Counted from the first letter of the stretch, positions 37,367 through 46,224 are shown. The stretch is 60,606 nucleotides of DNA from Dehalococcoides sp. JdFR-56 (GCA_002011495.1 MTNR01000024.1:1-60606); one strand, 5' to 3'. Translations and numbers: made by a program. Notes: generated by a model from the sequence alone, not told the origin.

Positions 37367-38356
37367 GTGAGCAAGGTTGGAATCATCGCCAATCCGGCCT
37401 CGGGGAAGGATATCAGACGACTGGTGGCCTATGCCAGCAACGTGGACAACACCGATAAGGTAAACCAGCTAAAGCGGATAATTCTGGGCATTGAGGCCAC
37501 CGGAGTTGACGAGATTTTGATTATGCCGGATTACTACGGCCTGGGAGAGAGGGCCCTGGACGGGTTGAAAAGCGAGCGTCTGAGAGCCAAGGCGTCAATA
37601 ATGGATATGACGCTATCCTGCACCGCCGAGGATTCCACCCTGGCCGCGGCGCTGATGGCCAAACTCGGCGTCGGCTGTATTGTTACCTTGGGCGGGGATG
37701 GCACCAACCGGGATGTGGCCAAAAGCAACCGCAGCATCCCCTTGGTTCCGGTCTCCACCGGCACCAACAATGTCTTCCCCCTGACCATCGAGCCCACAGC
37801 CGCCGGCATCGCCGCCGGGCTCATCGCCCAAAACCTAGTCAATGGCAAGGATACGGTGAGAACTCATAAGAGGCTAGTCGTCATTAGGAATGGCTTTGAG
37901 GTTGACCTGGCCCTGGTCGATGTGGTAGTGCTAAACCAGCTCTTTACCGGCTGCCGGGCCATCTGGGAACTTGATGAAGTGAGGGAGGTCATCTGCACCA
38001 GAGCTGAGCCAACCAGCCTGGGACTTACCAGCATCGGGGGAAATCTGCATCCCCTCGGCCCCGATGATGAACAGGGCATGTACCTGAAACTAGGTGATGG
38101 CCAGCTCAAAGTCAGGGCCACGGTGCTTCCCGGCGTCATCAGCGAGGTTGGCATTGAGCAGTGGCGGCTGCTTGCCCCCGGTGAGGAGATCGAAATAGCT
38201 TGTAAGCCCTCGGTCATGGCGCTGGATGGTGAGCGGGAGCTCACGGTGAAGCCCGCTGACCAGGTAAAAATCAGACTAGAGAGAGACGGGCCCCCGGTGG
38301 TTGACGTTGAGAAGACCATCAGGGAGGCAGTGAAAAAAGGCTTTTTCAGAAACTAA
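37367..38356 (+). CDS. ATP-NAD kinase family protein (AcoX-like)
   Basis: GGDGTNRDVA motif, 329 aa. Position directly before E2/E3 as in aco clusters. GTG start. Confidence 0.7.
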   Translation: MSKVGIIANPASGKDIRRLVAYASNVDNTDKVNQLKRIILGIEATGVDEILIMPDYYGLGERALDGLKSERLRAKASIMDMTLSCTAEDSTLAAALMAKLGVGCIVTLGGDGTNRDVAKSNRSIPLVPVSTGTNNVFPLTIEPTAAGIAAGLIAQNLVNGKDTVRTHKRLVVIRNGFEVDLALVDVVVLNQLFTGCRAIWELDEVREVICTRAEPTSLGLTSIGGNLHPLGPDDEQGMYLKLGDGQLKVRATVLPGVISEVGIEQWRLLAPGEEIEIACKPSVMALDGERELTVKPADQVKIRLERDGPPVVDVEKTIREAVKKGFFRN

Positions 38357-38371
38357 GCGGAGAGGAGAGAA

Positions 38372-39628
38372 ATGGCTACGGAAATCAAAATACCACGTGT
38401 CGGCATGGCGGTAACGGACGCCACCATCATTGAATGGCAAGCTAAAGAGGGGGAATGGGTGGAGGAAGGGCAGGTGGTGGTCATCATTGAGACGGAAAAG
38501 GTGAGGTCTGACGTGGAATCCCCCGCAGCAGGCTTTCTTCACATCCTGCTTAAAGAAGGGGAGACGGCTCCGGCGGGCAAGGTAATCGGGCTCCTTGCCG
38601 AGACGAAAGAGGAGCTGGAAGCCCTGCAAAAAGGAGCCCCAGCGGAAATATCTGCCAAAACTGAAGAGCCAACAACAGCAGCAGCGGCCTCGGCAGCTCC
38701 CATGGCTGAGACGACATCGCCTACCAAGACAGCCGTCCCTCCGCGGGGAGAGGAGCGCATCAAAATCTCCCCGGTGGCCCGAAAGCTGGCTGAGGAGCAC
38801 GCCATTGACATCACCACGGTAACCGGCACCGGCCCCGGGGGTAGGATCACCCGAGAGGACATTGAAAAGGCGATCGCCGCCAAGGCCGCGGCGCCCGCGC
38901 CAGCACCGGAGGTAGCAGCCTTCCCCCAAGGGCAGGTAAAGACCACCATACCGCTCAAGGGGATGCGGGGCGCCATCGCCGAGCATATGCACCGCAGCCT
39001 CTCTGTCGCTGCGCAGCTCACCGCCATGGGTGAGATAGACATGACCGAGATGGTGAAGCTGCGAAACGAGTTCTTAGAGCGGGAAAAGGTCATCGGCGCC
39101 CGAATCACCTATACTGACCTCCTCGTCTTCGCCATCGCCCGGGTGCTTCGGGAACATCCCATGCTCAACGCCAGCATCATAGATAACGAGATAAAAGTCT
39201 GGGAGGATATCAACATCGGGGTGGCCGTGGCGCTGGATGAGGGATTGATTGTCCCCGTGGTCAGGAATGCCGACCAGAAATCCCTGGTTGAGATAAGTCA
39301 GACGGTGAGAGCCCTAGCTGAAAAGGCGAGGGAGGGAAAACTCAAGCCCGAGGAAGCTCGCGGCAGCACCTTCACCCTGACCAACCTGGGGGCACTCGGC
39401 GCCGGCTGGACCTTTGAGACCGCCATCATCAATCAGCCGGAATCAGCCATCCTGAGAGTTGGTGGCATCACCGAGCGGGCGGTGGTGAGAGAAGGGCAAA
39501 TTGTCATCCGCCCCATCATGACCTATAGCCTGACCTATGACCACCGGGTGATTGATGGCGCCGTAGCCGCCAAATTCATCTCCAGCCTCATTAGCACCCT
39601 GGAGAACCCCACCCTTTTATTAGCCTAG
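38372..39628 (+). CDS. Dihydrolipoamide acyltransferase (2-oxoacid dehydrogenase E2)
   Basis: Lipoyl domain (ETEKV), Ala/Pro linkers, E3-binding domain (ISPVARKLAEEHAIDI) and catalytic DHRVIDGA. Confidence 0.9.
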   Translation: MATEIKIPRVGMAVTDATIIEWQAKEGEWVEEGQVVVIIETEKVRSDVESPAAGFLHILLKEGETAPAGKVIGLLAETKEELEALQKGAPAEISAKTEEPTTAAAASAAPMAETTSPTKTAVPPRGEERIKISPVARKLAEEHAIDITTVTGTGPGGRITREDIEKAIAAKAAAPAPAPEVAAFPQGQVKTTIPLKGMRGAIAEHMHRSLSVAAQLTAMGEIDMTEMVKLRNEFLEREKVIGARITYTDLLVFAIARVLREHPMLNASIIDNEIKVWEDINIGVAVALDEGLIVPVVRNADQKSLVEISQTVRALAEKAREGKLKPEEARGSTFTLTNLGALGAGWTFETAIINQPESAILRVGGITERAVVREGQIVIRPIMTYSLTYDHRVIDGAVAAKFISSLISTLENPTLLLA

Positions 39629-39640
39629 AGGAGGAAAGCC

Positions 39641-41047
39641 ATGGCAGAAAGAGATGTAGTGGTAATCGGTGGGGGGCCAGCGGGCTACGTCGCCGCGATA
39701 CGGGCGGCACAGCTTGGCGGCAAGGTCACCCTGATTGAAAAGGACGCCCTGGGAGGAACCTGCCTTAACCGGGGATGCATCCCCTCTAAAGCGCTGCTTC
39801 ATAGCGCGGAGCTCTACCAGTCAATGAAAAACGCCGAGCAATATGGCGTAAAGGCCAAAGAGGTGAGCCTTGACCTGGCCCAAATGCAGGCCCGCAAGAG
39901 CAAGGTAATCTCAACGCTGGTCGGTGGCGTGCAGAGCCTGCTAGCCGGGAACAAGGTTGAAGTTATCAAAGGGCAGGCTAAACTGACCCGGTCAAGAGAG
40001 ATAGAGATAGATGACGGCCAAGGACAGAAACAAACCATCCAAGCAAGGAAGGTCATCCTGGCTACCGGCGGTAAGCCGATAAAGCCGCCCATTCCCGGGG
40101 CGGACAGCCCCTCCAGGATAATCAGTGCCGAAAGCATCCTCGACCTGGAGCGTATTCCCCAGAGCCTGCTCATCATCGGTGGTGGCGTCATTGGGCTGGA
40201 GATGGCTACCATTCTGGCCAAGCTGGGCGGTAAAGTAACCATCGTGGAGATGCTGCCCCATATCTTGCCTCTGGAAGACGCTGAGCTAACCACCATACTG
40301 GCGCGCGCCCTCAAAGAGGATGGGGTTCAAATCTACGAGGGAACCAAGGTCACCAGCATTGAGGACGCTGAGGGAGGAAAATCGGTCACTATCTCGGCTC
40401 CTGACGGGGAAAAGAAACTGGAGGCGGAGATGGTGGCCATCGCCGTGGGCTACTGCCCCAACCTAGATAATCTTGGCCTAGAGGAAGCCGGGGTGACCAC
40501 GAGCAAGGGTGGGATTCAGACCAACGAGCGGATGGAGACCAATATACCCGATATTTACGCCGCCGGCGACGCCATTGGCGGCATGATGCTCGCCTACGTG
40601 GCCATGGAGGAGGGGATAATCGCCGCGGAAAATGCCCTGGGCCGTAGTTCCCAAATTGACTATCAGGCCGTGCCGCGGTGCACCTTCACCCTGCCGGAGC
40701 TGGCCAGCGTGGGCCTCACCGAGGAGGAGGCAACCGCCCAGGGATACGAGATAAGAGTGGGGAGGTTCCCTTTCGCTGCCAATGGTATGGCCACCATTCT
40801 GGGAGAGCGACGGGGCCTGGTCAAGATAATCACCGAGCCAAAGTATGGGCAGATACTGGGCGCCCACATCATTGGCCCCCGGGCGACCGAGCTCATCCAT
40901 GAAGCGGCGCTGGCCATGAAGCTGGAGGCTAGTCCCCAGGAGCTCATCGCCACCATCCACGCCCACCCTACCCTCTCCGAGGCGCTCAAGGAAGCGGCGC
41001 TGGACTTAAGCGGCGAAACGATACATTTTCTCTCCAAAAATAGGTAA
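39641..41047 (+). CDS. lpdA: Dihydrolipoyl dehydrogenase (E3)
   Basis: GGGPAGYVAAIRAAQLG FAD motif, redox disulfide CLNRGCIPSK, C-terminal HAHPTLSE. Confidence 0.95.
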   Translation: MAERDVVVIGGGPAGYVAAIRAAQLGGKVTLIEKDALGGTCLNRGCIPSKALLHSAELYQSMKNAEQYGVKAKEVSLDLAQMQARKSKVISTLVGGVQSLLAGNKVEVIKGQAKLTRSREIEIDDGQGQKQTIQARKVILATGGKPIKPPIPGADSPSRIISAESILDLERIPQSLLIIGGGVIGLEMATILAKLGGKVTIVEMLPHILPLEDAELTTILARALKEDGVQIYEGTKVTSIEDAEGGKSVTISAPDGEKKLEAEMVAIAVGYCPNLDNLGLEEAGVTTSKGGIQTNERMETNIPDIYAAGDAIGGMMLAYVAMEEGIIAAENALGRSSQIDYQAVPRCTFTLPELASVGLTEEEATAQGYEIRVGRFPFAANGMATILGERRGLVKIITEPKYGQILGAHIIGPRATELIHEAALAMKLEASPQELIATIHAHPTLSEALKEAALDLSGETIHFLSKNR

Positions 41048-41053
41048 AAAAGA

Positions 41054-41752
41054 ATGCGGTGCGTTGTTTACGAGCTAGGACTGATTGACTACGCCCAGGC
41101 TTACAGGCTGCAACAGGAGTTTTTAAGCCGCAGAGCGGATGGTGAGATAGCTGATAGCCTGCTTCTTTTGGAGCACCCCCCCACCATTACCTTGGGGAGG
41201 TCAGCCAAGCTGGAAAATGTCCTGGTCTCTCCAGCCCAGCTGGCCAGGGAGGGGGTATCCCTGGTCTTCACCGACCGGGGAGGCGACGTTACCTACCACG
41301 GCCCGGGGCAAATCGTGGGCTACCCTATCCTTGACTTGAAAGAGCGGGGGAAAGATGCCCATAAGTACCTGCGCAACCTGGAGGAGGTGCTCATCAGGAC
41401 GCTTGAGGATTTCTCCATAGCCTCCGGCCGGGATGAAAACCACCCCGGGGTCTGGGTGAATGATGAGGAGATTGCCGCCATCGGGCTCCGCTTGAAAAGA
41501 TGGGTCACCATGCATGGCTTTGCCCTCAACGTCAACACCAATCTAGCCCATTTCTCACTGATCAACCCGTGTGGCTTTGCCAACCGCCGGGCTACCTCAA
41601 TGGCCCAGCTACTTGACCGAGAGATACCGATATCAATGGTAACGGAAAGGCTGCTTACCCACTTTGCCCAAGTTTTTGCCGTTCACCTGGAGATAAGGAC
41701 TGAATTACGGGAAAGAGGTTATGAGCCAAGGAAGACTCCCGCCCTGGTTTAA
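41054..41752 (+). CDS. lipB: Octanoyltransferase
   Basis: RGGDVTYHGPGQ motif, 232 aa. Confidence 0.9.
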   Translation: MRCVVYELGLIDYAQAYRLQQEFLSRRADGEIADSLLLLEHPPTITLGRSAKLENVLVSPAQLAREGVSLVFTDRGGDVTYHGPGQIVGYPILDLKERGKDAHKYLRNLEEVLIRTLEDFSIASGRDENHPGVWVNDEEIAAIGLRLKRWVTMHGFALNVNTNLAHFSLINPCGFANRRATSMAQLLDREIPISMVTERLLTHFAQVFAVHLEIRTELRERGYEPRKTPALV

Positions 41753-42614
41753 GCAGAAGCTCGTTGACCCAAAGATTATGTCAACCATGCAGGGACTTCT
41801 GGATGGGCTAAAGTTAAACACCATCTGCCAGAACGCCCTCTGCCCGAACATCGGCAGGTGTTTCTCTCAAGGCACGGCCACCTTTCTCATCCTGGGCAAT
41901 GTGTGCACCAGGCACTGCAGCTTCTGCGCGGTAAAGAAGGGCTGCCCTGTCCCAGTAGATGAGGATGAGCCCCAGCATCTGTTGGAAGCCGCCACCAGGC
42001 TGGGGCTGGGCTACGTGGTCATCACCTCGGTCACCAGAGATGACCTCCCTGATGGCGGTGCCTCCCAGTTCGCCAAGGTGATAAAGCTGCTGCGCCAAAG
42101 CGGGGACGTCACCGTAGAAGTTCTCATCCCTGATTTCCGCGGCTCGCCGGATGCCATCAAGACGGTCGTCGGCGCTCGTCCCCAGGTCATCAACCACAAT
42201 ATAGAAACGGTTCCCCGCCTCTACCCTGAGGTCCGGCCGGAGGCTGATTATGCCCGCTCGCTGGAGCTTCTCTTTATGGTGAAGAATTTAAGCCCGGAGA
42301 TAGTGACCAAGTCTGGCCTGATGCTCGGTCTGGGGGAAACCAGGGATGAGGTGATTGAGGTAATGTACGACTTGAGAGAAGCTGACTGCGACCTGCTCAC
42401 CATCGGCCAGTACCTGCCGCCCTCACCCCGGCACCATCCGGTGGCGAGATTTGTCCCCCCTGAGGAGTTCGCCGAGTATGAGGATATGGGCAGGGAGATG
42501 GGCTTTGCCGAGGTTGCCTCAGCGCCGCTGGTAAGGAGTTCCTTCCAGGCAGCAACACTCTATGCCAAAGCCAAAAGCCGTCTTGAGCAAGCTATTCATT
42601 TAAAGGCAAAATAA
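41721..42614 (+). CDS. lipA: Lipoyl synthase
   Basis: N-terminal CQNALCPNIGRC and radical-SAM CTRHCSFC motifs. 32-nt overlap with lipB. Confidence 0.95.
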   Translation: MSQGRLPPWFKQKLVDPKIMSTMQGLLDGLKLNTICQNALCPNIGRCFSQGTATFLILGNVCTRHCSFCAVKKGCPVPVDEDEPQHLLEAATRLGLGYVVITSVTRDDLPDGGASQFAKVIKLLRQSGDVTVEVLIPDFRGSPDAIKTVVGARPQVINHNIETVPRLYPEVRPEADYARSLELLFMVKNLSPEIVTKSGLMLGLGETRDEVIEVMYDLREADCDLLTIGQYLPPSPRHHPVARFVPPEEFAEYEDMGREMGFAEVASAPLVRSSFQAATLYAKAKSRLEQAIHLKAK

Positions 42615-42639
42615 TCCACTTTTAAGAAAGGGAGAGCCT

Positions 42640-43434
42640 ATGAAAAAGAACCGCCTCAGAGAGCTTTTGAACGCCGGAAAACCAACCATCGGCACCCACG
42701 TGGTAACCACCTCGCCTGAGATTGTTGAGGTCATCGGCCACTCCGGCGCCTTTGATTACATTGAGCTCTGCGGACAGTATGCCGTCTGGAGCCTCCCCGC
42801 CCTGGATAACTTCGCCCGCGCCGTGGAGCTATTCCCCCATATGTCCTCCATGATGAAGGTTGAGCAGGAGCCCAGGCTATTCATCACCACCCGGTCGCTG
42901 GGGGCAGGCATCCAGAACATCCTCTTCGCCGATTGCCGCTCGGCTGCTGAGGTGAGAGAGTGCGTGCGCATGGTGCGGGCGGCGACGCCTGAGGACGGGG
43001 GACTTCAGGGCTGCGTCATACGGCGAATGGGGGGATACGTCATTGACATCGGCAACGAGGCCTGGGTCAAGGCGCTGCGAGAGGCGGTGATTGTGGTCAT
43101 GATTGAGAAAGAAAGCGCCATGGAGCAGCTTGAGGAGATACTCTCGGTGGAGGGCGTGGATATGGTGCAGTTCGGCCCCTGCGATTATTCCCTCAACACC
43201 GGCAGGGCGGGAAAGTGGGAAGACCCAGAGGTACAGAGAAAGCAGCGGGAGATGATTGAGCTGGCGCTGAAAAAAGGCGTTCACCCCAGGGTGGAACTGG
43301 ACGGTTTTGAAAAGGCGCCGCAGTTCATTGAGATGGGAGTCCGCCATTTCTGCATTGGCTGGGAACTGTTCACCATCTTCCAGTGGTGTAAGCATCACGG
43401 GGAGGGATTGCGGGAGCTTTTGGCCAAGGCCTAA
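42640..43434 (+). CDS. HpcH/HpaI family aldolase
   Basis: 264 aa with typical HpcH/HpaI N-terminus (RLRELLNAGKPTIGT) and barrel pattern. Confidence 0.8.
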   Translation: MKKNRLRELLNAGKPTIGTHVVTTSPEIVEVIGHSGAFDYIELCGQYAVWSLPALDNFARAVELFPHMSSMMKVEQEPRLFITTRSLGAGIQNILFADCRSAAEVRECVRMVRAATPEDGGLQGCVIRRMGGYVIDIGNEAWVKALREAVIVVMIEKESAMEQLEEILSVEGVDMVQFGPCDYSLNTGRAGKWEDPEVQRKQREMIELALKKGVHPRVELDGFEKAPQFIEMGVRHFCIGWELFTIFQWCKHHGEGLRELLAKA

Positions 43435-43449
43435 CTCCCCCTAGCTTCA

Positions 43450-43457
43450 AGCCCCGG
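43450..43457. repeat. Target-site duplication, left copy (AGCCCCGG)
   Basis: Identical 8-mer at 45134-45141, each immediately outside an inverted repeat. Confidence 0.8.
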
Positions 43458-43478
43458 GGTTTTATTTGCATTTGGTTG
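43458..43478. repeat. IS left terminal inverted repeat
   Basis: GGTTTTATTTGCATTTGGTTG. The reverse complement of 45113-45133 is GGTTCTATTTGCATTTGGTTG. Confidence 0.85.
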
Positions 43479-43484
43479 GCACCT

Positions 43485-44513
43485 TCACCATTGATATATC
43501 TTCTTTCTTTTTGCTCCTCTGAAATAATGCCTACTAATCATACCCCTGCCAACATACAATTCACCTTTGCGCAATCTTGGCGCTTTGGGTGTAATTCTGG
43601 GCATACGCTGGCTTATTCTAGGTCTGCCTATTTGCGTTGGTGATAATTTGATAGTGCCTCTGGGCTGATGCTCAATGATGATACATTTTGAAGGTTTATG
43701 GCGAGTTATATCTGCCCAATTCTTATAGGGATAATCTATCCCTGCCACTTCTGCGGGAGTCTTATCATTTAGCTCTGTGTGTGGCCGTAGATAGTTATAA
43801 TGCACCAGCCAGCCATTTATGAAGTCGTGTGCTGTCTCAATGTTCTTTAACCCCCGCATTACCTTTGTGCGCTGTTTCAGCGTGCCGTGAAATCTCTCTA
43901 TCTTCTGTGTGTTATTTTCAACCGCAAACGGCCTGCTCTGGATATGCTCTGTGTCTTTGCCATACCGCACGTCAAGGTAAGAAGCCAGTTTATCTGTTAT
44001 TACTGTTTTGGGTTCTTTGCCCGCCGTTTTAACTGCTCTGTCATATAATATCTGGGCGTCTCTAGTAGTGCGACTTCTGGATAAGCGAGTTGCCAGTAGA
44101 TAACGGGTTTTGTCGTCTATTATGTCCCACAGCCAGACATTTTGCCCGTCTATTTCTATAACTGTCTCATCTGCTATCCAAGTATCGCCAATCTTTTTAG
44201 GCTTGTAACCTTCTATGCTATCAGTAGCGTATTGAGTGAATTTTTGTATCCACTCATAGATAGTGGCGGTTGAGGGCATATTGCCATACTCCTGCTGTAA
44301 GTTCCTGCGAATAGCCTTTATGCTCATTCCCTCGTAATACATATTGAGCGCTGACGATACCTGATTAGCTGGGGTTTTCATATGGAATAAAGTACCGTCA
44401 GCCTTGAACTTGCGCTTACAGATTTTGCACCAGTAACGTTGAACACCTTTGTAAGTGCCATATTTTACGACGGCTGATGAACCACAGTGTTTACAGGTTA
44501 TTCCAACCTCCAT
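43485..44513 (-). CDS. DDE transposase, IS6/IS240-like, with N-terminal zinc finger and basic C-terminal tail
   Basis: 342 aa. CKHCGS...CKICKRKF zinc finger. DDE region WIADETVIEIDG...VITDKLASY...IERFHGTLKQR. Confidence 0.85.
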   Translation of the reverse strand: MEVGITCKHCGSSAVVKYGTYKGVQRYWCKICKRKFKADGTLFHMKTPANQVSSALNMYYEGMSIKAIRRNLQQEYGNMPSTATIYEWIQKFTQYATDSIEGYKPKKIGDTWIADETVIEIDGQNVWLWDIIDDKTRYLLATRLSRSRTTRDAQILYDRAVKTAGKEPKTVITDKLASYLDVRYGKDTEHIQSRPFAVENNTQKIERFHGTLKQRTKVMRGLKNIETAHDFINGWLVHYNYLRPHTELNDKTPAEVAGIDYPYKNWADITRHKPSKCIIIEHQPRGTIKLSPTQIGRPRISQRMPRITPKAPRLRKGELYVGRGMISRHYFRGAKRKKIYQW

Positions 44514-45052
44514 TATTTACCTCCCATCTCAATAAGAAGCAATACGAATGCAAAGCCTATGCCGAGTAACAATATGACTAACTGCATATACAATTCATCC
44601 CTATCTTTAACAGTCAATGTGCCTCCCAATAAACGCTCACTGGTTTGCATTGAATCACTGAAGGTAATGTATATTTTGTAATATCTATGTGGGTGTAAAT
44701 TCCCTAATGTTATAGCCCTCTCTGCGTGAATCGGTTTCTTGCCTAATATCGTAGAATGAGGTATATTAACCTCGCCCCACCCTTTTTTAATAATATTTTC
44801 GTCTAGGTCACGTAACTCCCATTGATATTTCAATATATCATCGGTTGTTTTCTTCTTTGTTGGCTTCACTTCCATATCAATGACTATTTCAGTATCCCAA
44901 AAGTATGGAAGCAAAGTAGATACAAGAGACCTAATATCATCTTTTGACGGCATTAAGCGAATACGATAATCACTCCACCGAATTAGATTTAATCGGGCCA
45001 TTTCGAACCTCCCTACAATTAGCCTTTTCAGGGAGGCGAACCACTTAATCAT
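44513..45052 (-). CDS. IS-borne hypothetical protein with C-terminal TM anchor
   Basis: 179 aa with a strong GGGGAGGTG RBS. Its stop overlaps the transposase ATG (TAATG). C-terminal LVILLLGIGFAFVLLLI helix. No family recognised. Confidence 0.6.
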   Translation of the reverse strand: MIKWFASLKRLIVGRFEMARLNLIRWSDYRIRLMPSKDDIRSLVSTLLPYFWDTEIVIDMEVKPTKKKTTDDILKYQWELRDLDENIIKKGWGEVNIPHSTILGKKPIHAERAITLGNLHPHRYYKIYITFSDSMQTSERLLGGTLTVKDRDELYMQLVILLLGIGFAFVLLLIEMGGK

Positions 45053-45086
45053 AATTCACCTCCCCACCTTTGGCTTTTTGTAGGAA

Positions 45087-45115
45087 AGGATACATCGGCT
45101 GAAAACTAGTTTCAA
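45087..45115 (-). promoter_or_regulatory. Candidate inward promoter at the right IS end
   Basis: TTGAAA (45115-45110, overlapping the inner edge of the repeat), 17-nt spacer, TATCCT (45092-45087), upstream of the 179-aa ORF. Confidence 0.35.
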
Positions 45116-45133
45116 CCAAATGCAAATAGAACC
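45113..45133. repeat. IS right terminal inverted repeat
   Basis: Matches the left repeat 20/21. Confidence 0.85.
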
Positions 45134-45141
45134 AGCCCCGG
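45134..45141. repeat. Target-site duplication, right copy (AGCCCCGG)
   Basis: Identical to 43450-43457. Confidence 0.8.
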
Positions 45142-45147
45142 TATATA

Positions 45148-45177
45148 TTGACAAGCAGCTTCTACTTATGGTAAACT
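45148..45177 (+). promoter_or_regulatory. Putative str-operon (rpsL) promoter
   Basis: TTGACA (45148-45153), 18-nt spacer, TAAACT (45172-45177). Confidence 0.45.
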
Positions 45178-45209
45178 TTGCTTTTGGTATCTGGCATTCA
45201 GCTATAGTT

Positions 45210-45274
45210 GATGGGCTGAAAAACAAGCTGTTTTCAGCCATCAATTAACTTTCTGGATGAGCCAAGGCTCATCC
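45210..45274 (+). promoter_or_regulatory. Two stem-loops in the rpsL 5' leader
   Basis: Hairpin 1 (45210-45242): GATGGGCTGAAAA pairs with TTTTCAGCCATC, 12 bp with one bulge. Hairpin 2 (45255-45274): GGATGAGCC-AA-GGCTCATCC. Confidence 0.35.
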
Positions 45275-45303
45275 ATTAAAATTGTAGGGTAGGAGGCATA
45301 AGT

Positions 45304-45735
45304 TTGCCGACAATCAATCAGCTCATCAGAAAAGGGCGCAAGAAGGTCACCAAGAAGACCAAATCGCCGGCACTGCGCTTTATCTACAATGCCTTGAAGA
45401 ACCGGCTGATAGAGGGGAAGGGCTCGCCGCAGAAGCGAGGGGTTTGCACCCAGGTGAGGACGACCACCCCGAAGAAGCCCAATTCAGCGCTGCGCAAGAT
45501 CGCCCGGGTGCGCCTGACCAATGGTATGGAGGTGACAGCTTATATCCCTGGTGAGGGGCATGAGCTCCAGGAACACTCGGTGGTGCTGATTCGGGGCGGA
45601 CGCGTGAAAGACCTGCCCGGTGTCCGCTACCATATCGTGCGGGGAGCCCTGGATGCCACCGGGGTGGTCAACCGCCGTCAGGGCCGCAGCAAATACGGCA
45701 GCAAGATGGTCAAGGAGAAGGCGGAAGCCGCCTGA
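45304..45735 (+). CDS. rpsL: 30S ribosomal protein S12
   Basis: [15 protein letters not shown]-terminus. TTG start after GGTAGGAGG. Confidence 0.95.
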   Translation: MPTINQLIRKGRKKVTKKTKSPALRFIYNALKNRLIEGKGSPQKRGVCTQVRTTTPKKPNSALRKIARVRLTNGMEVTAYIPGEGHELQEHSVVLIRGGRVKDLPGVRYHIVRGALDATGVVNRRQGRSKYGSKMVKEKAEAA

Positions 45736-45753
45736 AGATAAGGGAAAAGCAAA

Positions 45754-46224
45754 ATGCCAAGACGAGCTCGACCGATAAAAAGAGAAACACCCCCCGACCC
45801 TAAGTATCATAATGTAACCGTGGCCAAGCTGATCAATAAGGTCATGAAGTGCGGCAAGAAAAGAACCGCCGAGAAAATTGTCTACGGGGCCATGGAGTTA
45901 CTTGAGCAGCAGGCATCCAAAGACCCGGTCACCGCTCTGGAGCAGGCGGTGAAGAACGCCACCCCGCTGCTTGAGGTAAAGCCCCGCCGGGTTGGGGGAG
46001 CTACCTATCAGGTACCGGTGGAGGTTCGGCCGGACCGGGGCCTCTTCCTGGCCCTGACCTGGCTGCTCAAGTCAGCCCGAGCCAGAAAAGGTAAATCAAT
46101 GACCGAGAAGCTGGCTGCCGAACTTCTTGACGCGCTGCGTGGCGAGGGCGCCACCATCAAGAGGCGCGAAGATACGCATAAAATGGCGGAGGCGAACCGC
46201 GCCTTTGCCCACTATAGATGGTGA
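45754..46224 (+). CDS. rpsG: 30S ribosomal protein S7
   Basis: [18 protein letters not shown], 156 aa. Confidence 0.95.
   Translation: MPRRARPIKRETPPDPKYHNVTVAKLINKVMKCGKKRTAEKIVYGAMELLEQQASKDPVTALEQAVKNATPLLEVKPRRVGGATYQVPVEVRPDRGLFLALTWLLKSARARKGKSMTEKLAAELLDALRGEGATIKRREDTHKMAEANRAFAHYRW

Larger units (their letters stand above)
43458..45133 (-). mobile_element. IS6-family-like insertion sequence (1676 bp) with two ORFs
   Basis: 21-bp terminal inverted repeats (20/21), flanking 8-bp direct repeat AGCCCCGG, a DDE transposase inside, and about 40% GC by eye against an about 58% background. Confidence 0.85.

Noticed and set aside
43451-43460. GCCCCGGGGT palindrome plus T-run after the aldolase gene, considered as a terminator.
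   Set aside because: A perfect palindrome with no loop cannot form a stable hairpin. The sequence is better explained as the junction of the target-site duplication with the left IS repeat.
45056-45244. 62-aa ORF on the minus strand across the right IS boundary.
   Set aside because: It spans the IS end, the target duplication and the rpsL promoter/leader. It has no RBS and its composition is mixed, so it is almost certainly spurious.
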